A stretch of DNA of 27,286 nt from NCBI GenBank assembly GCA_963706025.1, contig CAVPLM010000009.1:1-27286 (forward strand), read 5' to 3'. The position numbers and the translations under genes were made by a program. This DNA is from an uncultured Actinomycetes bacterium (GTDB lineage: Bacteria > Actinomycetota > Thermoleophilia > RBG-16-64-13). Shown here one piece after another: positions 9,970 to 19,680 of this stretch. Every line of letters starts with the position of its first letter. The stretch's first letter is position 1. Under the pieces are notes generated by a model. The model was not told the origin of the DNA, searched no databases, and worked only from the letters and a program-made list of their open reading frames with translations.

Positions 9970-12046
9970 TCACCAGAGGCGGTATAGCGTGCCGCTGCCG
10001 GAGCTCCCGCCGTACTCGGTTGCGTCCACGACCGTGCCGTTCTGTCTCACCCACTGCTCTATTGAGGCGGACGTGCCACCGGAAATGCCGGGGCCTCCTG
10101 GCAAGCCGCCGACCGACCCAGTTGAGGCACCAGCCGGAGGACCGTAGTTCGAAGTCGGCTCTCCAGCCGCGGGAGCAGCGGGTGACGCGGTTTCCGAGGC
10201 GGCCAGCGGTCCGATCGGACCACCCGGGCCTCGGTTGCCGCCTACAAGAACGTATCGAATCCGATGAGCGGCCGACATCTCCTGGAACTGGGCCAGCGTC
10301 GGACAGGGATCGGCCCCGCTGAATCCCCCCATGGCCATCACCGGCTCGCCGGTGGCGATGATGATGGATTGCGCCGCCTGGGCTCCTGCGACCGCCACCA
10401 AGAATTCCGCACTCCCCCGGTTCGCCACCAGATAGTCCACCAGGGATTGATCCACCGCCGTCTCGGCCCCGGGTTGCCCAGCGGCGGCAAGATCGCCCAG
10501 AGCATCCGAGGGAGGCCCCGGCAGGGCGGCCAGGCCGCCGGCGCCCGGCATGCCGCCGGGGAGCTGCGCCGCGGACGCGGGCCCGGCGGCCGCGAGCGCT
10601 CCGGTGACGCTTCGCGAAACCGTGCTGAGCGAGTAGGCCGTCGGTCCGGCCAAGACGCAGGCGGTCGCCACAACGGCGACACCGACGGTCAGGGTCTTGG
10701 CGTTGACGACCCGCAGAATGACCAGGAGCAGCCCGGCCGCGGCCAAAGACCCTGCCACCACCACCGCGGTGGCCAGACCGGGGGCATAGCCCGGCGTTCG
10801 GCCGAGGAGGTAGGCCGACAAGGACCGCGGTACCAACCACGGCTCCCGGCAGGAGCCAGGCCAGCCAGCGGTTGGCGCGCCCCAGCCGCCACATCGCCAC
10901 CGAGCCGGCGCCGGCGAGGGCGGCGACCGAGGGGGCGAGGATCACGGCGTAGTACGGGTGCAGTACTCCCGTGGCCCAGCTGAAGACGCCCAGGTAGAGC
11001 AAGGTCCAGGCTCCCCACAGGAGGTAGCCGGCACGGGCCAGGTCGGTGCGGCCGCGCCGGCGCGTGAGCCAAAGGCCGGCTCCCAGCCCAACCAGAGCGA
11101 GAGGCACCAACCACGAGATCTGACCGCCGAGTTCGGCGTTGAAGATCCGTAGCCAGCCGGCCGCTCCACTGAAGTTCGGCACCGGTCCGGCGCTCCCCAG
11201 ATAGCCGGCACTGCGGCTGAAGATAAGATCGAGCACGGAGTTGTCGGTGCTCCCGCCGATGAACGGCCGGCCGGCAGCCGGCCACAGCTCGACGATCGCC
11301 ACCCACCACGCGCTGGAGACGACCAGAGCGGCGGCGGCCGCCATCACCTGCAGCAATCTACGCCCCAGTCTGGGACGGCCGCACACCACGTACACGAGAG
11401 CAAAAGCCGGCAGAACAACGAGGGCTTCCAACATCTTGGTCAGGAAAGCGAACCCGACCAACGCACCGCATCCCATGAGTATCCAGGTGGATCCCTTTTC
11501 GAGAGCGGACCAGAGCGCCCAGGCGGCCGCAAGGAGCAGCAGGGTGAGCAAGGCATCCGGGTTGTTGAGCCGGAACATGACCACGGCCACGGGCGTCAAC
11601 GCGAAGGCCAGCGCGGCGAGGATTCCGGCTACGTCTCCCTGCCATCGGCGCACGAGCCGGTAGAGGATCAGGACCGAGGCCACCCCCGCCAGCGCCTGCG
11701 GCAGAAGGATGCTCCAACTCGAGAAGCCGAATAGCCGGGCGGACAACCCCTGTATCCACAAAGAGGCCGGCAGCTTGTCCACGGTAATGAACGACCCCGG
11801 GTCGAGAGCACCGAAGAACAGGGCTTTCCAGCTCGTGCTGGCGCTCTTGACCGCTGCAGCGTAGTAGGCGTTGCCCATGCCGTTGCGCGAGAGGCCCCAG
11901 GTGAAAAGCCCGAGGGCAAGCATTGTGACGGCGATCAAACCGGCCCAAGACCACCAGGGTCGAGGGTCTCGCCTCCAGAACCGCAACGCGCCGCTGCTCA
12001 CTGCGCCGCTGCTCACTGCGCCGCTGCTCACTGCCCCGCTGCTCAC
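9970..12046 (-). CDS. GT39/ArnT-like (PMT_2, YkcB-like) membrane glycosyltransferase, one apparent frameshift ~10822
   Basis: GNAYYAAAVKS, FITVDKLPASLW, NNPDALL, GFAFLTKML, RPFIGGSTDNS, HPYYAVILAP, then C-terminal ATGEPVMAMGGFSGADP in the 9970..10836 frame; AAGGAG RBS before GTG 12046. Confidence 0.85.
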
Positions 12047-12047
12047 T
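11988..12047. repeat. 15-bp tandem repeat x4 (VSSGA) containing the glycosyltransferase start codon
   Basis: gcgccgctgctcact x3 plus gccccgctgctcact. Confidence 0.92.
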
Positions 12048-12188
12048 ACTACTCTCCTTCGGCGGTGGAGGTGGTGTGACGTACTCTTTTGGAAGGATAT
12101 CCCGGATCGTATAAAGCCGGCGTATGGAGCGACGCACGGACGCACGGTGTTTCGCATCCCCGTGAGCGCGGGTAGTTCACTCGGCAAG

Positions 12189-12210
12189 GAGCCCGGGACG
12201 TTCCGGGCTC
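12189..12210. promoter_or_regulatory. Inverted repeat upstream of the VOC gene (operator or RNA hairpin)
   Basis: gagcccgg-gacgtt-ccgggctc, perfect 8-bp arms, 30 nt upstream of the start. Confidence 0.4.
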
Positions 12211-12239
12211 GAGTTGAAGAGTGGAATGAGGTGATCGCT

Positions 12240-12641
12240 GTGGCAGCGCTCGGTGACACGATGGTCTGCGGGGTCCTCCGTGCGGAAGACTATGACCGCG
12301 CCAAGAAGTTCTACACAGAGGTACTGGGGCTGACTCCGGCGCAGGAGTCTCCCGGTCCCACCCGCGAGGGGATGTTCTCAGCGGGAGGGGGCACGATGGT
12401 GTCCATATACGAGCGGCCAGGTATGCCGGCTCCCGAAAACACGACTCTGGCCTTCGGAGTGCCGGCCGACAAGTTCGATGCCCTGGCGGATGAAGTCCGC
12501 GCCCGGGGCGTGGTGTTCGAGGACTATGACATCCCGGAGATCGGCCTGAAGACGGTCAACGGGATCGTCGAGCTCAGTGGCGGCAAAGCAGCCTGGTTCA
12601 AGGATTCCGAGGGCAACATCATCAGCCTCATGTCGATGTGA
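12240..12641 (+). CDS. VOC (glyoxalase/bleomycin-resistance) family protein
   Basis: DYDRAKKFYTEVLGL, RARGVVFEDYD, KAAWFKDSEGNIISL; GAGGTGA RBS before GTG 12240. Confidence 0.9.
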   Translation: MAALGDTMVCGVLRAEDYDRAKKFYTEVLGLTPAQESPGPTREGMFSAGGGTMVSIYERPGMPAPENTTLAFGVPADKFDALADEVRARGVVFEDYDIPEIGLKTVNGIVELSGGKAAWFKDSEGNIISLMSM

Positions 12642-12680
12642 CCGGCTGACCCCGTTCCCCTGCTCGCGCGGTGCCAGGGC

Positions 12681-12727
12681 TGTGGCATAGTGACACAATG
12701 AATGCCACAATGTTACAAAGTGGTACC
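12681..12727. promoter_or_regulatory. Candidate antitoxin operator array upstream of phd-vapC
   Basis: Inverted repeat tgtggcat-N13-atgccaca plus direct repeats tgacacaat / tgccacaat / tgttacaaa in an AT-richer patch. Confidence 0.6.
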
Positions 12728-12743
12728 GGCCAGGGGGCAGGCG

Positions 12744-12971
12744 ATGAGGAATATGTCGATCAGAGAATTGAGGGAGTCGCTCTCATCGATCAGCGAGATC
12801 CTCGAGAGGGACGGCGAGGTCGTGCTGACGCGTCATGGGCGGGCCTTGGTAAGACTGGTTCCTCTGAATCCGTCCCACTCCGCTCCCAGTCACGCCGATC
12901 TGCGCGCCGGCATGCCCCGCATGACCGTTCCCAGCGAGGAGCTCGTCCGGGCTGATCGGGAGATGGGGTAG
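12744..12971 (+). CDS. Type II TA antitoxin, Phd/YefM family
   Basis: MRNMSIRELRESLS..GEVVLTRHGRALVRLVP, C-terminal SEELVRADR; upstream of a PIN gene. Confidence 0.85.
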   Translation: MRNMSIRELRESLSSISEILERDGEVVLTRHGRALVRLVPLNPSHSAPSHADLRAGMPRMTVPSEELVRADREMG

Positions 12972-12976
12972 CCGCG

Positions 12977-13408
12977 ACGAGCGTCTAGTTCGACATCAGC
13001 GCCCTCGCGAAGTGGTACCTCAATGAGGAGCAGTCTGAAGATGTGGAGGAGTATCTCGGGCAGGTCTGCCCGGTCTACATAAGCCTTCTCACCAAGGCGG
13101 AGATGAGGTCGCTGATGGCCAGGCGCACACGGGAGGGCCATGTAGATTCGGAGACCCAGGGCAAGATCCTCGCGACCTTCGAAGGCGACGTCGCGATGGG
13201 CCATCTCGTACTTCTACCGCATACCGTGGGGTCGTTCCTGATCGCGGAATCGTTGTTGGGGGCGCACCCCGACATCCCACTCCGCACCCTCGACGCCCTA
13301 CATCTCGGGGTGATGCGATCCTCGGGTATGACCACCCTTGCCACCGCCGATCGGGTGATGGCTCAGGCCGCCGCGGTCCTAGGCATGGAGTGCCGGGTCT
13401 TCTTCTAG
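12977..13408 (+). pseudogene. vapC: VapC PIN-domain toxin, disrupted (ACG at expected start, in-frame TAG 12986-12988)
   Basis: Reads (T)SV*FDISALAKWYLNE..KAEMRS..LRTLDALHLG..ATADRV; the family pattern is MxxYxDTSALxK; the four acidic PIN residues remain. Confidence 0.8.
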
Positions 13409-13895
13409 TCGCCGACCACCCGATACATATACGACACCCACTGGTTGGCCACTTTGCCGTCCTTGACCTCCAGCACCACCATATACAAATCGCGCCCCAC
13501 CCGCACCGGGCCGGCTATGTACCGCGCGCCGTTGTATGCCTGGCTCAGGGCCTCGATGTCTTCTGCGGAGGGAACGTAGGTGAACGTCTCGTCTCCATGG
13601 GCGTTGGGTCGACCGGATACTGTGCTACCAGGTTGCTGATCTCCTCGATGCCGTTGGAAACAGCGGGCTCAGCGCCTTCCGGCCAGCGGATAACGGCATC
13701 GGCTGTATAGACCTCCTTGGCCGCGGCCACGTCGTTGGAGATCCAGGCCGCCCCCATCTTGTCGAACAGAGCCTGATCATCGCCCCCGCCGCCGCAGCCA
13801 CCCACTGCCAGCGCGGCCGCGGCCAACACCAGCACCACCGCGGCGACCAGCAGCCACCGGTTGACTCGACCACGCAACATGAATCCGGCTTTCAC
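13405..13895 (-). CDS. Lipoprotein with single SnoaL/NTF2-like domain (module 1), apparent frameshift ~13597
   Basis: Signal peptide with lipobox AVGGC; AAWISNDVAAAKEVYTADAVI; after the shift GDETFTY..MVVLEVKDGKVANQWV..GD*; strong RBS AAAGGAAAAGGGG. Confidence 0.72.
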
Positions 13896-13926
13896 GACGC
13901 ACCCCTTTCCTTTCTAGCCTCGCCCA

Positions 13927-15942
13927 CTATTCGCTCTTGGGCACCCACTTGAAGAGGCCGCCGGTGGTGGTGGCGTAAAGCCCTCCGCTGGAGGCGGGAT
14001 CGATAACGATGTTGAGGTACCCCGTGTCGGGCAGCTCCCCCATGATGTTCTCCCAGGTGGCTCCTCCGTCGACGGAGCGATACATGCCTGCTTTCGCTAC
14101 GCTTTCGACCACTTGGGACGTGAGCACGTACAGCGTGTCGGGTGATCGAGGATCGAACAGCAGCTGCTGGATGTACTTCGCGGGGCCTTCGAGGTCGACC
14201 TTCTGCCACGTCGCTCCCCCGTCGACGGAGCGGGAGACCGAGTACGCGCCGGTATCCGAGCACTGGACCGCGTAGACGCCGAAGGGGTCATGCGGATCTA
14301 CCGCGATGTCTACGACCGCGTCTACCCACTCCTCGGGAGAAACGACCGTCCACGTGCCTCCCGTGTCTATCGATTTGAACACCTGGCTCGACACAGCAGC
14401 GAAGAGGGTGGAGGGTGTCTTCGGGTCGGCGGCGACGCAGGTCGCCCCTTCAAGGACCTCGCTCCAGGTGTTCCCGCCATCGGTGGATCTGGATAGACCA
14501 CTCTCCGGGCCCGTGACGCCCGCCGCCATGGCGAACACGATATCGGGGTTGTCGACCGCGACGAGAGCCAGCCCCCGTGCGGTGGGCCCGCTCAGGCCCT
14601 GGCCGGCCAGCCCGACCCAATTCAGCCCGCCGTCGTCGCTACGGAACGGTCCAATGGAGGTCCACGCATAGAGTCTCGATGGAGTCGAGGGCGCCAGGGC
14701 CACGGAGCCCTCGCCCGCCAGGATCAGGGTCCACTCCACGCCACCATCGGTGGATCGGAAGATGCCGGCGGTCGTGGCGGCGTAGAGAGTCGAGGGAGTA
14801 AGCGGATCGACTGCAAATCTGCTGATCGCCGGAACCCCGAAGCCGGTGCTCGCCTTCCTCCAGCTCCGGCCGCCGTCGATGGATTTGTACACACCGTCCA
14901 TGGTCGGGGCGTAGAGAATCGAGGGTTGATCGGGGTCAACGATCACCGATTCAGCCCTGGTGCCTTCGGGGACGCCATTACCGGCCGGGACGACCCCGAC
15001 GACGGCACCGGTGTCCGCATCGGTCACGGTGCCTTCAAAAGAAGCGAGGAAAGCATCGAGAGCCTGCTGCGCGGCGGCGGGCAAGGGGGGCTTGACGGCG
15101 GCGCCGACCTCGGGGACCACATCTTCCTGGCTGAGCTCGGTCCAGGTCTCGCCCCGATCGGTCGAGCGTAACACGTTCGCCGATTGGTCGCAGATGTACA
15201 CGGTGGAAGGAGAGGATGTAGCGTCGACCCACATGATGGGGGGCCACACCATTATCTTCGTGTTCGGAGGCATTGTCTCGGTCAGATCCGCCCAGGTGGC
15301 GCCGCCGTCATCCGACCGAAGCACCGGGCGGGACGTGGCATCGTCCAATGGGCCCATGATCACATAGACAGTGGACGGAGCAGCGGGATCGAGGATGAGC
15401 AGGTCCACATGGCCCGCAAGCGCTGAGAAGTCCAAGGTTTGCTTCCAGCTCCCCGCGCCATCACTCGACTTAAATAGGCCGGCAGCCGTTTCGGCGTAAA
15501 GGTCCGACGGATTGCGGGGGTCCAACACCAGGGTGCGGGGGTCCAACACCAGGGTGTTGATGGGAATACCAGCGCGCGCCAACGGCAGGCGCTCCCAGTA
15601 CCCGCTTTCCGTGCTGCTCCCCGTCCCCTGGCCGCCGGTATCGAGGTCGGTGTCGTCGGTGATCCTCAGCACGAAGTCCGGTCGGGTCAGATTCCGAACC
15701 GCCACGAAGCTCCCAATGGCTACGGCAGCTACGAGGACCACGGCGACCGACGCAAAGACCGCCACGCGCAGGTTGAGTCCCCGCGGCCTCCTCGCGCCGG
15801 GCTGGGCGCCTTCTTGGCCTCGCTCCCCGATGGCCCAGTGTTCGCCCCCGGCCCGCGCCTCGATCGCGGCCCACACCCCGCGCCGATCCACGGGCCCGGA
15901 AAGCCGTCTCAGGGTCTCTTCGAATTCCCAGTCCTCATTCAT
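13927..15942 (-). CDS. Single-pass membrane protein with extracellular BNR/Asp-box (YCF48/VPS10-like) beta-propeller, candidate anti-sigma (module 1)
   Basis: About 55-aa cytoplasmic N-terminus (EETLRRL..VWAAIEAR), one TM helix, about ten SxDGGxTW boxes alternating with DPxxPxxLY; overlaps the sigma stop by 8 nt. Confidence 0.8.
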   Translation of the reverse strand: MNEDWEFEETLRRLSGPVDRRGVWAAIEARAGGEHWAIGERGQEGAQPGARRPRGLNLRVAVFASVAVVLVAAVAIGSFVAVRNLTRPDFVLRITDDTDLDTGGQGTGSSTESGYWERLPLARAGIPINTLVLDPRTLVLDPRNPSDLYAETAAGLFKSSDGAGSWKQTLDFSALAGHVDLLILDPAAPSTVYVIMGPLDDATSRPVLRSDDGGATWADLTETMPPNTKIMVWPPIMWVDATSSPSTVYICDQSANVLRSTDRGETWTELSQEDVVPEVGAAVKPPLPAAAQQALDAFLASFEGTVTDADTGAVVGVVPAGNGVPEGTRAESVIVDPDQPSILYAPTMDGVYKSIDGGRSWRKASTGFGVPAISRFAVDPLTPSTLYAATTAGIFRSTDGGVEWTLILAGEGSVALAPSTPSRLYAWTSIGPFRSDDGGLNWVGLAGQGLSGPTARGLALVAVDNPDIVFAMAAGVTGPESGLSRSTDGGNTWSEVLEGATCVAADPKTPSTLFAAVSSQVFKSIDTGGTWTVVSPEEWVDAVVDIAVDPHDPFGVYAVQCSDTGAYSVSRSVDGGATWQKVDLEGPAKYIQQLLFDPRSPDTLYVLTSQVVESVAKAGMYRSVDGGATWENIMGELPDTGYLNIVIDPASSGGLYATTTGGLFKWVPKSE
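13941..14514. repeat. Near-identical direct repeat, copy 1 (3' part of propeller gene)
   Basis: Aligns without gaps to 22788..23361 (offset 8847); about 18 mismatches in 574 bp by manual count. Confidence 0.92.
15514..15555. repeat. 21-bp exact tandem duplication (TLVLDPR x2)
   Basis: gcgggggtccaacaccagggt x2; single copy in the paralog. Confidence 0.9.
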
Positions 15943-16510
15943 CGCGCGCTTCCTTGTAAGTCTCCTTGAGGGTCTCTCGGGCCCGGTGCAGATGCTGCTT
16001 GACCGTGCCCTCCGACACGTGCATGACGTCGGCCACTTCCCGAGTGTTCAAATGGTCCATGTAGTAAAGGGCGAGTGCGGTGCGCTGTTTGAGCGGAAGA
16101 GCTGCCAGTTGCTCCCACAGCCGTTCGTCGCTAGCCGAGGCTCCACCCGGAGTATGGGACTGCTGCTCGATCTTAAGCAGAAGCCTTGCCTGTCTCCAGA
16201 GCGAACGGTGATGGTCGCGGATCTGGTTCAGCGCGACTCTGCGAACCCATCCGGCCGGATCCTCGTAGGTGGATAGACGGTCCCAACCACGAACAAGGCG
16301 GACAAAAGCCTCTTGAACGGCGTCGGCGGCCGTCTCCCGATTGCCGGCCGCGATCGTCAGCGCCTGGACCAGACGGTCGTAGTTCTGCTCGAAGACGTCT
16401 TCGGGACAGAAGTAGCGCGCGTGCCCCCCGATCGTGCTCTCCCCTATCGACCAGTCGCTCAAGCCGGTCACGCTCCCGGTCTTCGAAAACGCTCTGCCAC
16501 CTGTGTGCAC
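15935..16510 (-). CDS. ECF RNA polymerase sigma factor, SigE-like (module 1)
   Basis: Region 2 AADAVQEAFVRLVRGWDRL..DPAGWVRRVALN; region 4 LAALPLKQRTALALYY..EVADVMHVSEGTVKQHLHRAR. Confidence 0.92.
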   Translation of the reverse strand: MHTGGRAFSKTGSVTGLSDWSIGESTIGGHARYFCPEDVFEQNYDRLVQALTIAAGNRETAADAVQEAFVRLVRGWDRLSTYEDPAGWVRRVALNQIRDHHRSLWRQARLLLKIEQQSHTPGGASASDERLWEQLAALPLKQRTALALYYMDHLNTREVADVMHVSEGTVKQHLHRARETLKETYKEARDE

Positions 16511-16548
16511 CGAGCCGGTCCTATTCCCTCGATTGTCCTACTTTCGAG

Positions 16549-16581
16549 ATAGACACGCACAGAGGGACCGATTAGTTGACA
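16549..16581 (-). promoter_or_regulatory. Putative autoregulatory ECF promoter of module 1
   Basis: TGTCAAC-N17-CGTGTCTAT (AAC..CGT ECF pattern); conserved at 25497..25529. Confidence 0.62.
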
Positions 16582-16775
16582 GGAGCGCGCGGCGCCCCGG
16601 GGGTGGGGTGCCCGCGGGGCCCAGCAGGGGGCGCGGGCAGGAGCGTCGCGCGGGCGGAGACGCCGTGCCAGCCCGTGTTCCGCGATGGTGTGTTCGAGCC
16701 GGGAAAGGCAGAGAAGCCGGGGCGCCGCGGACCATGCCGGTATGCGACCGCCGCGTCACGGCAGGAGATCGACCG

Positions 16776-16969
16776 ATGCCATACTACGAGTTGCACGAGG
16801 CGATGGACTGGGCCGGCGTCATAGGCGAGTGGAAGATCGAAGTTCTTGAAGAGATCGAAGCGACCTACGCGCAGTGGAGCTTGCCGGCGCCCTCAGCCCG
16901 AGCATCCGCGTTTCTCGCTTCGAGCGCCCCGTCGAGATACGAGGCGGCCGCCGCTCGAGAGAAGCCTAG
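16776..16969 (+). CDS. Small hypothetical protein (~64 aa if one missing G ~16877 is restored; runs to 17090 as sequenced)
   Basis: AGGAG RBS 8 nt before ATG; MPYYELHEAMDWAGVIGEWKIEVLEEIEATYAQW; corrected frame stops at a CTAG shared with the convergent gene's stop. Confidence 0.5.
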
Positions 16970-19644
16970 AGGCAGGCCTGGACCCGATTGCGACCGAGAC
17001 GCTTGGCCTCGTACATCGCAGTGTCCGCTCTTTCTATCAGCTCCGCTCTGGACGCCGCATGAGCGGGGAAGAGAGCAACGCCGATGCTGACGGTGACGGG
17101 ATCGGTCCCGACCACCAGAGGAGATCTCGCTACGTTAGCCCGGATACGGTCGGCCACCTGCATGCCGCTGCCCAGATCGCAGTCGGACAGCACCGCCACG
17201 AACTCCTCGCCTCCGTAGCGGGCGACGATGTCGCCCCGGCGGATCTGGCCCTCGATGATGTGGGCGACTGCGCGGAGAACCTCGTCTCCGAGCGAATGGC
17301 CCCAGCGATCGTTGAAGGCCTTGAAGTGATCGATATCGATAAAGAGAACTGCGAACTCCGATCGCCGCTCGATCGCCTTGGACACCTCGCCGGCGAGATG
17401 CTCGTGCAGATAGCGGTGGTTGTAGATACCGGTAAGACCGTCGATCGTGGCCTCGAACTCGGCCCGAGCGATGCGCTTGGTCACCTCTCCGAGCAAGGAG
17501 GCCATTGATGCGGGTGCGGCGTCCTCGCCATCGTGGACCGGAGAGGGCCGAGCCGGAGAATCAGCGGCGATCAGTCCCACTATGTTCCCTTCGCCATCGC
17601 GTAGCGGGGCCGAGGCTGTGATCCAGACACCGAACTCGTCCGCGTACAGTGCGTTCCTGTCTGCCTGCAACCCTGCAAGTACCTCTCGCATCTCGTCGTC
17701 GACGGCGAACAACTCGTCCCCGATGTGGGATTTGCGTTGCTCGATCTCTTCCGGATCCACGACAAAAACTACCCTGGAACCTACCTTCCTCTGCGTGGTC
17801 AGAAAACGGATCCCCTCACTCGCCCTCAGCACGTCCCGAAGAACTCCGGCGATCTCGCGGTACTCGGGCCGCTGTTCGTCCTCCCTTGTCTTCAGCCGTT
17901 CGTGCTTGTCGCCGTCGACGAGCGCTGCGGCTTTCTCGGCGACACTCAGGCACACCCTTCTTCGCCGGTCCATGTCGTCCAGCACGTCCAGGAACGCGTC
18001 CACGATCTCGGGATCGAAATGCGAACCGCGGCCGTTCTTCAACTCCTCCCGGCAATCCGCGTACCGGAGAGCCTGCCGGTAGGGGCGCAGACAAGACATA
18101 GCGTCGTAGGCATCGACCACGCACATGGCGCGGGCCATGAGGGGGATGTCCTCTCCCTTCAGACCGTACGGGTAGCCGCCCCCGTCGTATCTCTCGTGAT
18201 GATGACGGATCGCGTCGGTCTGCTCCTCTTGCACCATGCTCTGCAGGATGTCCGCGCTTGTCTCGGGGTGGGCGCGCATGATCATCCATTCTCGCTCCGA
18301 GAGTGGACCGGTCTTGTGCAGGATGGCGTCGGAAACGATCAGCTTGCCGATGTCGTGCAGGTATCCCGCCTCCTCCGCCCGTTGCACCGTGTCTTCGCTC
18401 CAGCCGAGTTTCGTTCCCAAGAGCGATAGATACTGGGCGACGCGGGCACCGTGACCTTGCGTATACCATTCCTTGGCCCCCAGCGCACTGACCAGCGCTT
18501 GCAGTCCCGCGACGTGGACGCGACGCAACTCCTGGTACTGCCGAGCGTTATGTATGGCCAGGCCGGCTTGTTCCGCCAACCCGCGGGCGAACTCGATATC
18601 GGCGTCGCTGAAGAGTCGATCCCTAGTGCACTGCGATATGACCATCGTACCGAGTCTCGAACGACCAAAAGGAAGGGGGATGATCAGGCGGCTTCTCTCT
18701 CCGCTTTCCTCCATCTCGGCCTTCACTGCCGGGTCCAGGTCGGGATCCTGTGAGCGCTGCTGGAGAACCCGCTCGCCCTGAAGTCCTCCAGTCCCTCCAA
18801 CGCCGGCCGTGGAAGGCCCGTCATCCTCCTCTCCGCGCTGGTACATGGTGCATCCGTCGCAGTCAAGAGCGGTGATGGCCTGATTCGCGACCGCCTCGAG
18901 CACCTCGTCCAAGTCCAGGCTGGAATTGATCACCCGGTTCGCGTGGAGGAGAGAGGTGAGCCTCACATTCCGTTCGTCCGTCTGCCGAAGCAACTGCGCA
19001 GAGTGTATGGCTTGGCCGGCGAGGGCGGCCAAGCCACGCGCCAGGGCCATCTGCGCATCGTCGAATTCCCTCTCCTCCTCTGCGTCGTAGAAAGCCATGA
19101 GCCCCATGCGCTGAGAGCCGACCAGGAGCGGTATCGAGAGGCACGTCTTTTCGCCCCACTTCTGCATGCTTTCCAGGCTCTCCAGAGCCAGATCAGGGTC
19201 CGAGATCCTCTCCAGAAGGGGTCGTCCACTCGCTAGAACGGCCTTCTCTGCAGGACACTCCGAGAGTGGCAATCGCTCGCCCAGACCCTCCCAGCCGGAC
19301 GGCACCCGCTCGTAGATCGCCAACGGGACGATGGTGCTCGAAGGGGCATCGTACTCATACACGATGCATTCCGGTACTTGCAGAGTTTCGGACGCGTGCC
19401 AGACCAGCATCTTCAGGGCTTCTTCCAGGCTCTCAGACTCGGCAGCAGCTCGACTCGCCTCCATGAGCGAAAGCAGCGCGTCCTGCGAAGCCCAGGGATC
19501 TCCCCGGAGCGGAGAGACCGTTCGAACCGGAGTCTGAGGGGCGTCTACAGGGGAGTGTGCCACGCAGCCGGAGCCGGAGGGGTGGTCGCGAGCGCCGCTG
19601 CAGGCAGCGGTATTGGCGATATCTTCCTTGATCCAAGTACTCAT
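16966..19644 (-). CDS. c-di-GMP enzyme: GAF-GAF-HD-GYP-(Cache-like)-GGDEF
   Basis: Two GAF-like segments (CLSIPLLVG..MGLM; LIIPLPFG..LGTM); HD-GYP motifs HGARV, LHDIGK, HHERYDGGGYP, DAYDAM..RPYR; DGLTGIYN, DIDHFKAFND, RRGD I-site, RYGGEEF; ATG 19644 chosen because of the promoter position. Confidence 0.9.
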   Translation of the reverse strand: MSTWIKEDIANTAACSGARDHPSGSGCVAHSPVDAPQTPVRTVSPLRGDPWASQDALLSLMEASRAAAESESLEEALKMLVWHASETLQVPECIVYEYDAPSSTIVPLAIYERVPSGWEGLGERLPLSECPAEKAVLASGRPLLERISDPDLALESLESMQKWGEKTCLSIPLLVGSQRMGLMAFYDAEEEREFDDAQMALARGLAALAGQAIHSAQLLRQTDERNVRLTSLLHANRVINSSLDLDEVLEAVANQAITALDCDGCTMYQRGEEDDGPSTAGVGGTGGLQGERVLQQRSQDPDLDPAVKAEMEESGERSRLIIPLPFGRSRLGTMVISQCTRDRLFSDADIEFARGLAEQAGLAIHNARQYQELRRVHVAGLQALVSALGAKEWYTQGHGARVAQYLSLLGTKLGWSEDTVQRAEEAGYLHDIGKLIVSDAILHKTGPLSEREWMIMRAHPETSADILQSMVQEEQTDAIRHHHERYDGGGYPYGLKGEDIPLMARAMCVVDAYDAMSCLRPYRQALRYADCREELKNGRGSHFDPEIVDAFLDVLDDMDRRRRVCLSVAEKAAALVDGDKHERLKTREDEQRPEYREIAGVLRDVLRASEGIRFLTTQRKVGSRVVFVVDPEEIEQRKSHIGDELFAVDDEMREVLAGLQADRNALYADEFGVWITASAPLRDGEGNIVGLIAADSPARPSPVHDGEDAAPASMASLLGEVTKRIARAEFEATIDGLTGIYNHRYLHEHLAGEVSKAIERRSEFAVLFIDIDHFKAFNDRWGHSLGDEVLRAVAHIIEGQIRRGDIVARYGGEEFVAVLSDCDLGSGMQVADRIRANVARSPLVVGTDPVTVSIGVALFPAHAASRAELIERADTAMYEAKRLGRNRVQACL

Positions 19645-19680
19645 GGCGCACACCCCGGGACTGCGACTACCTCCCATGGA

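Noticed and set aside
9248-12259. 1003-aa glycosyltransferase-Nudix fusion
   Set aside because: A frameshift ~10822 diverts translation; the true GT C-terminus lies in the 9970..10836 frame with its own stop.
12986-12988. Pyrrolysine or recoded TAG in vapC
   Set aside because: TAG is the normal stop of many genes here, the position corresponds to a conserved Tyr, and the start codon is also lost.
16549-16610. Plus-strand sigma70 promoter from TTGACA at 16576 (and 25524)
   Set aside because: No TAnnnT at 16-18 nt spacing in either copy; conservation extends toward the sigma gene, fitting a minus-strand ECF -35.
16582-16770. c-di-GMP riboswitch or G-quadruplex in the GC-rich intergenic region (also 25530-25655)
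   Set aside because: Lacks the conserved c-di-GMP-I/II core motifs; G-runs are expected at this GC content. An Rfam scan would settle it.
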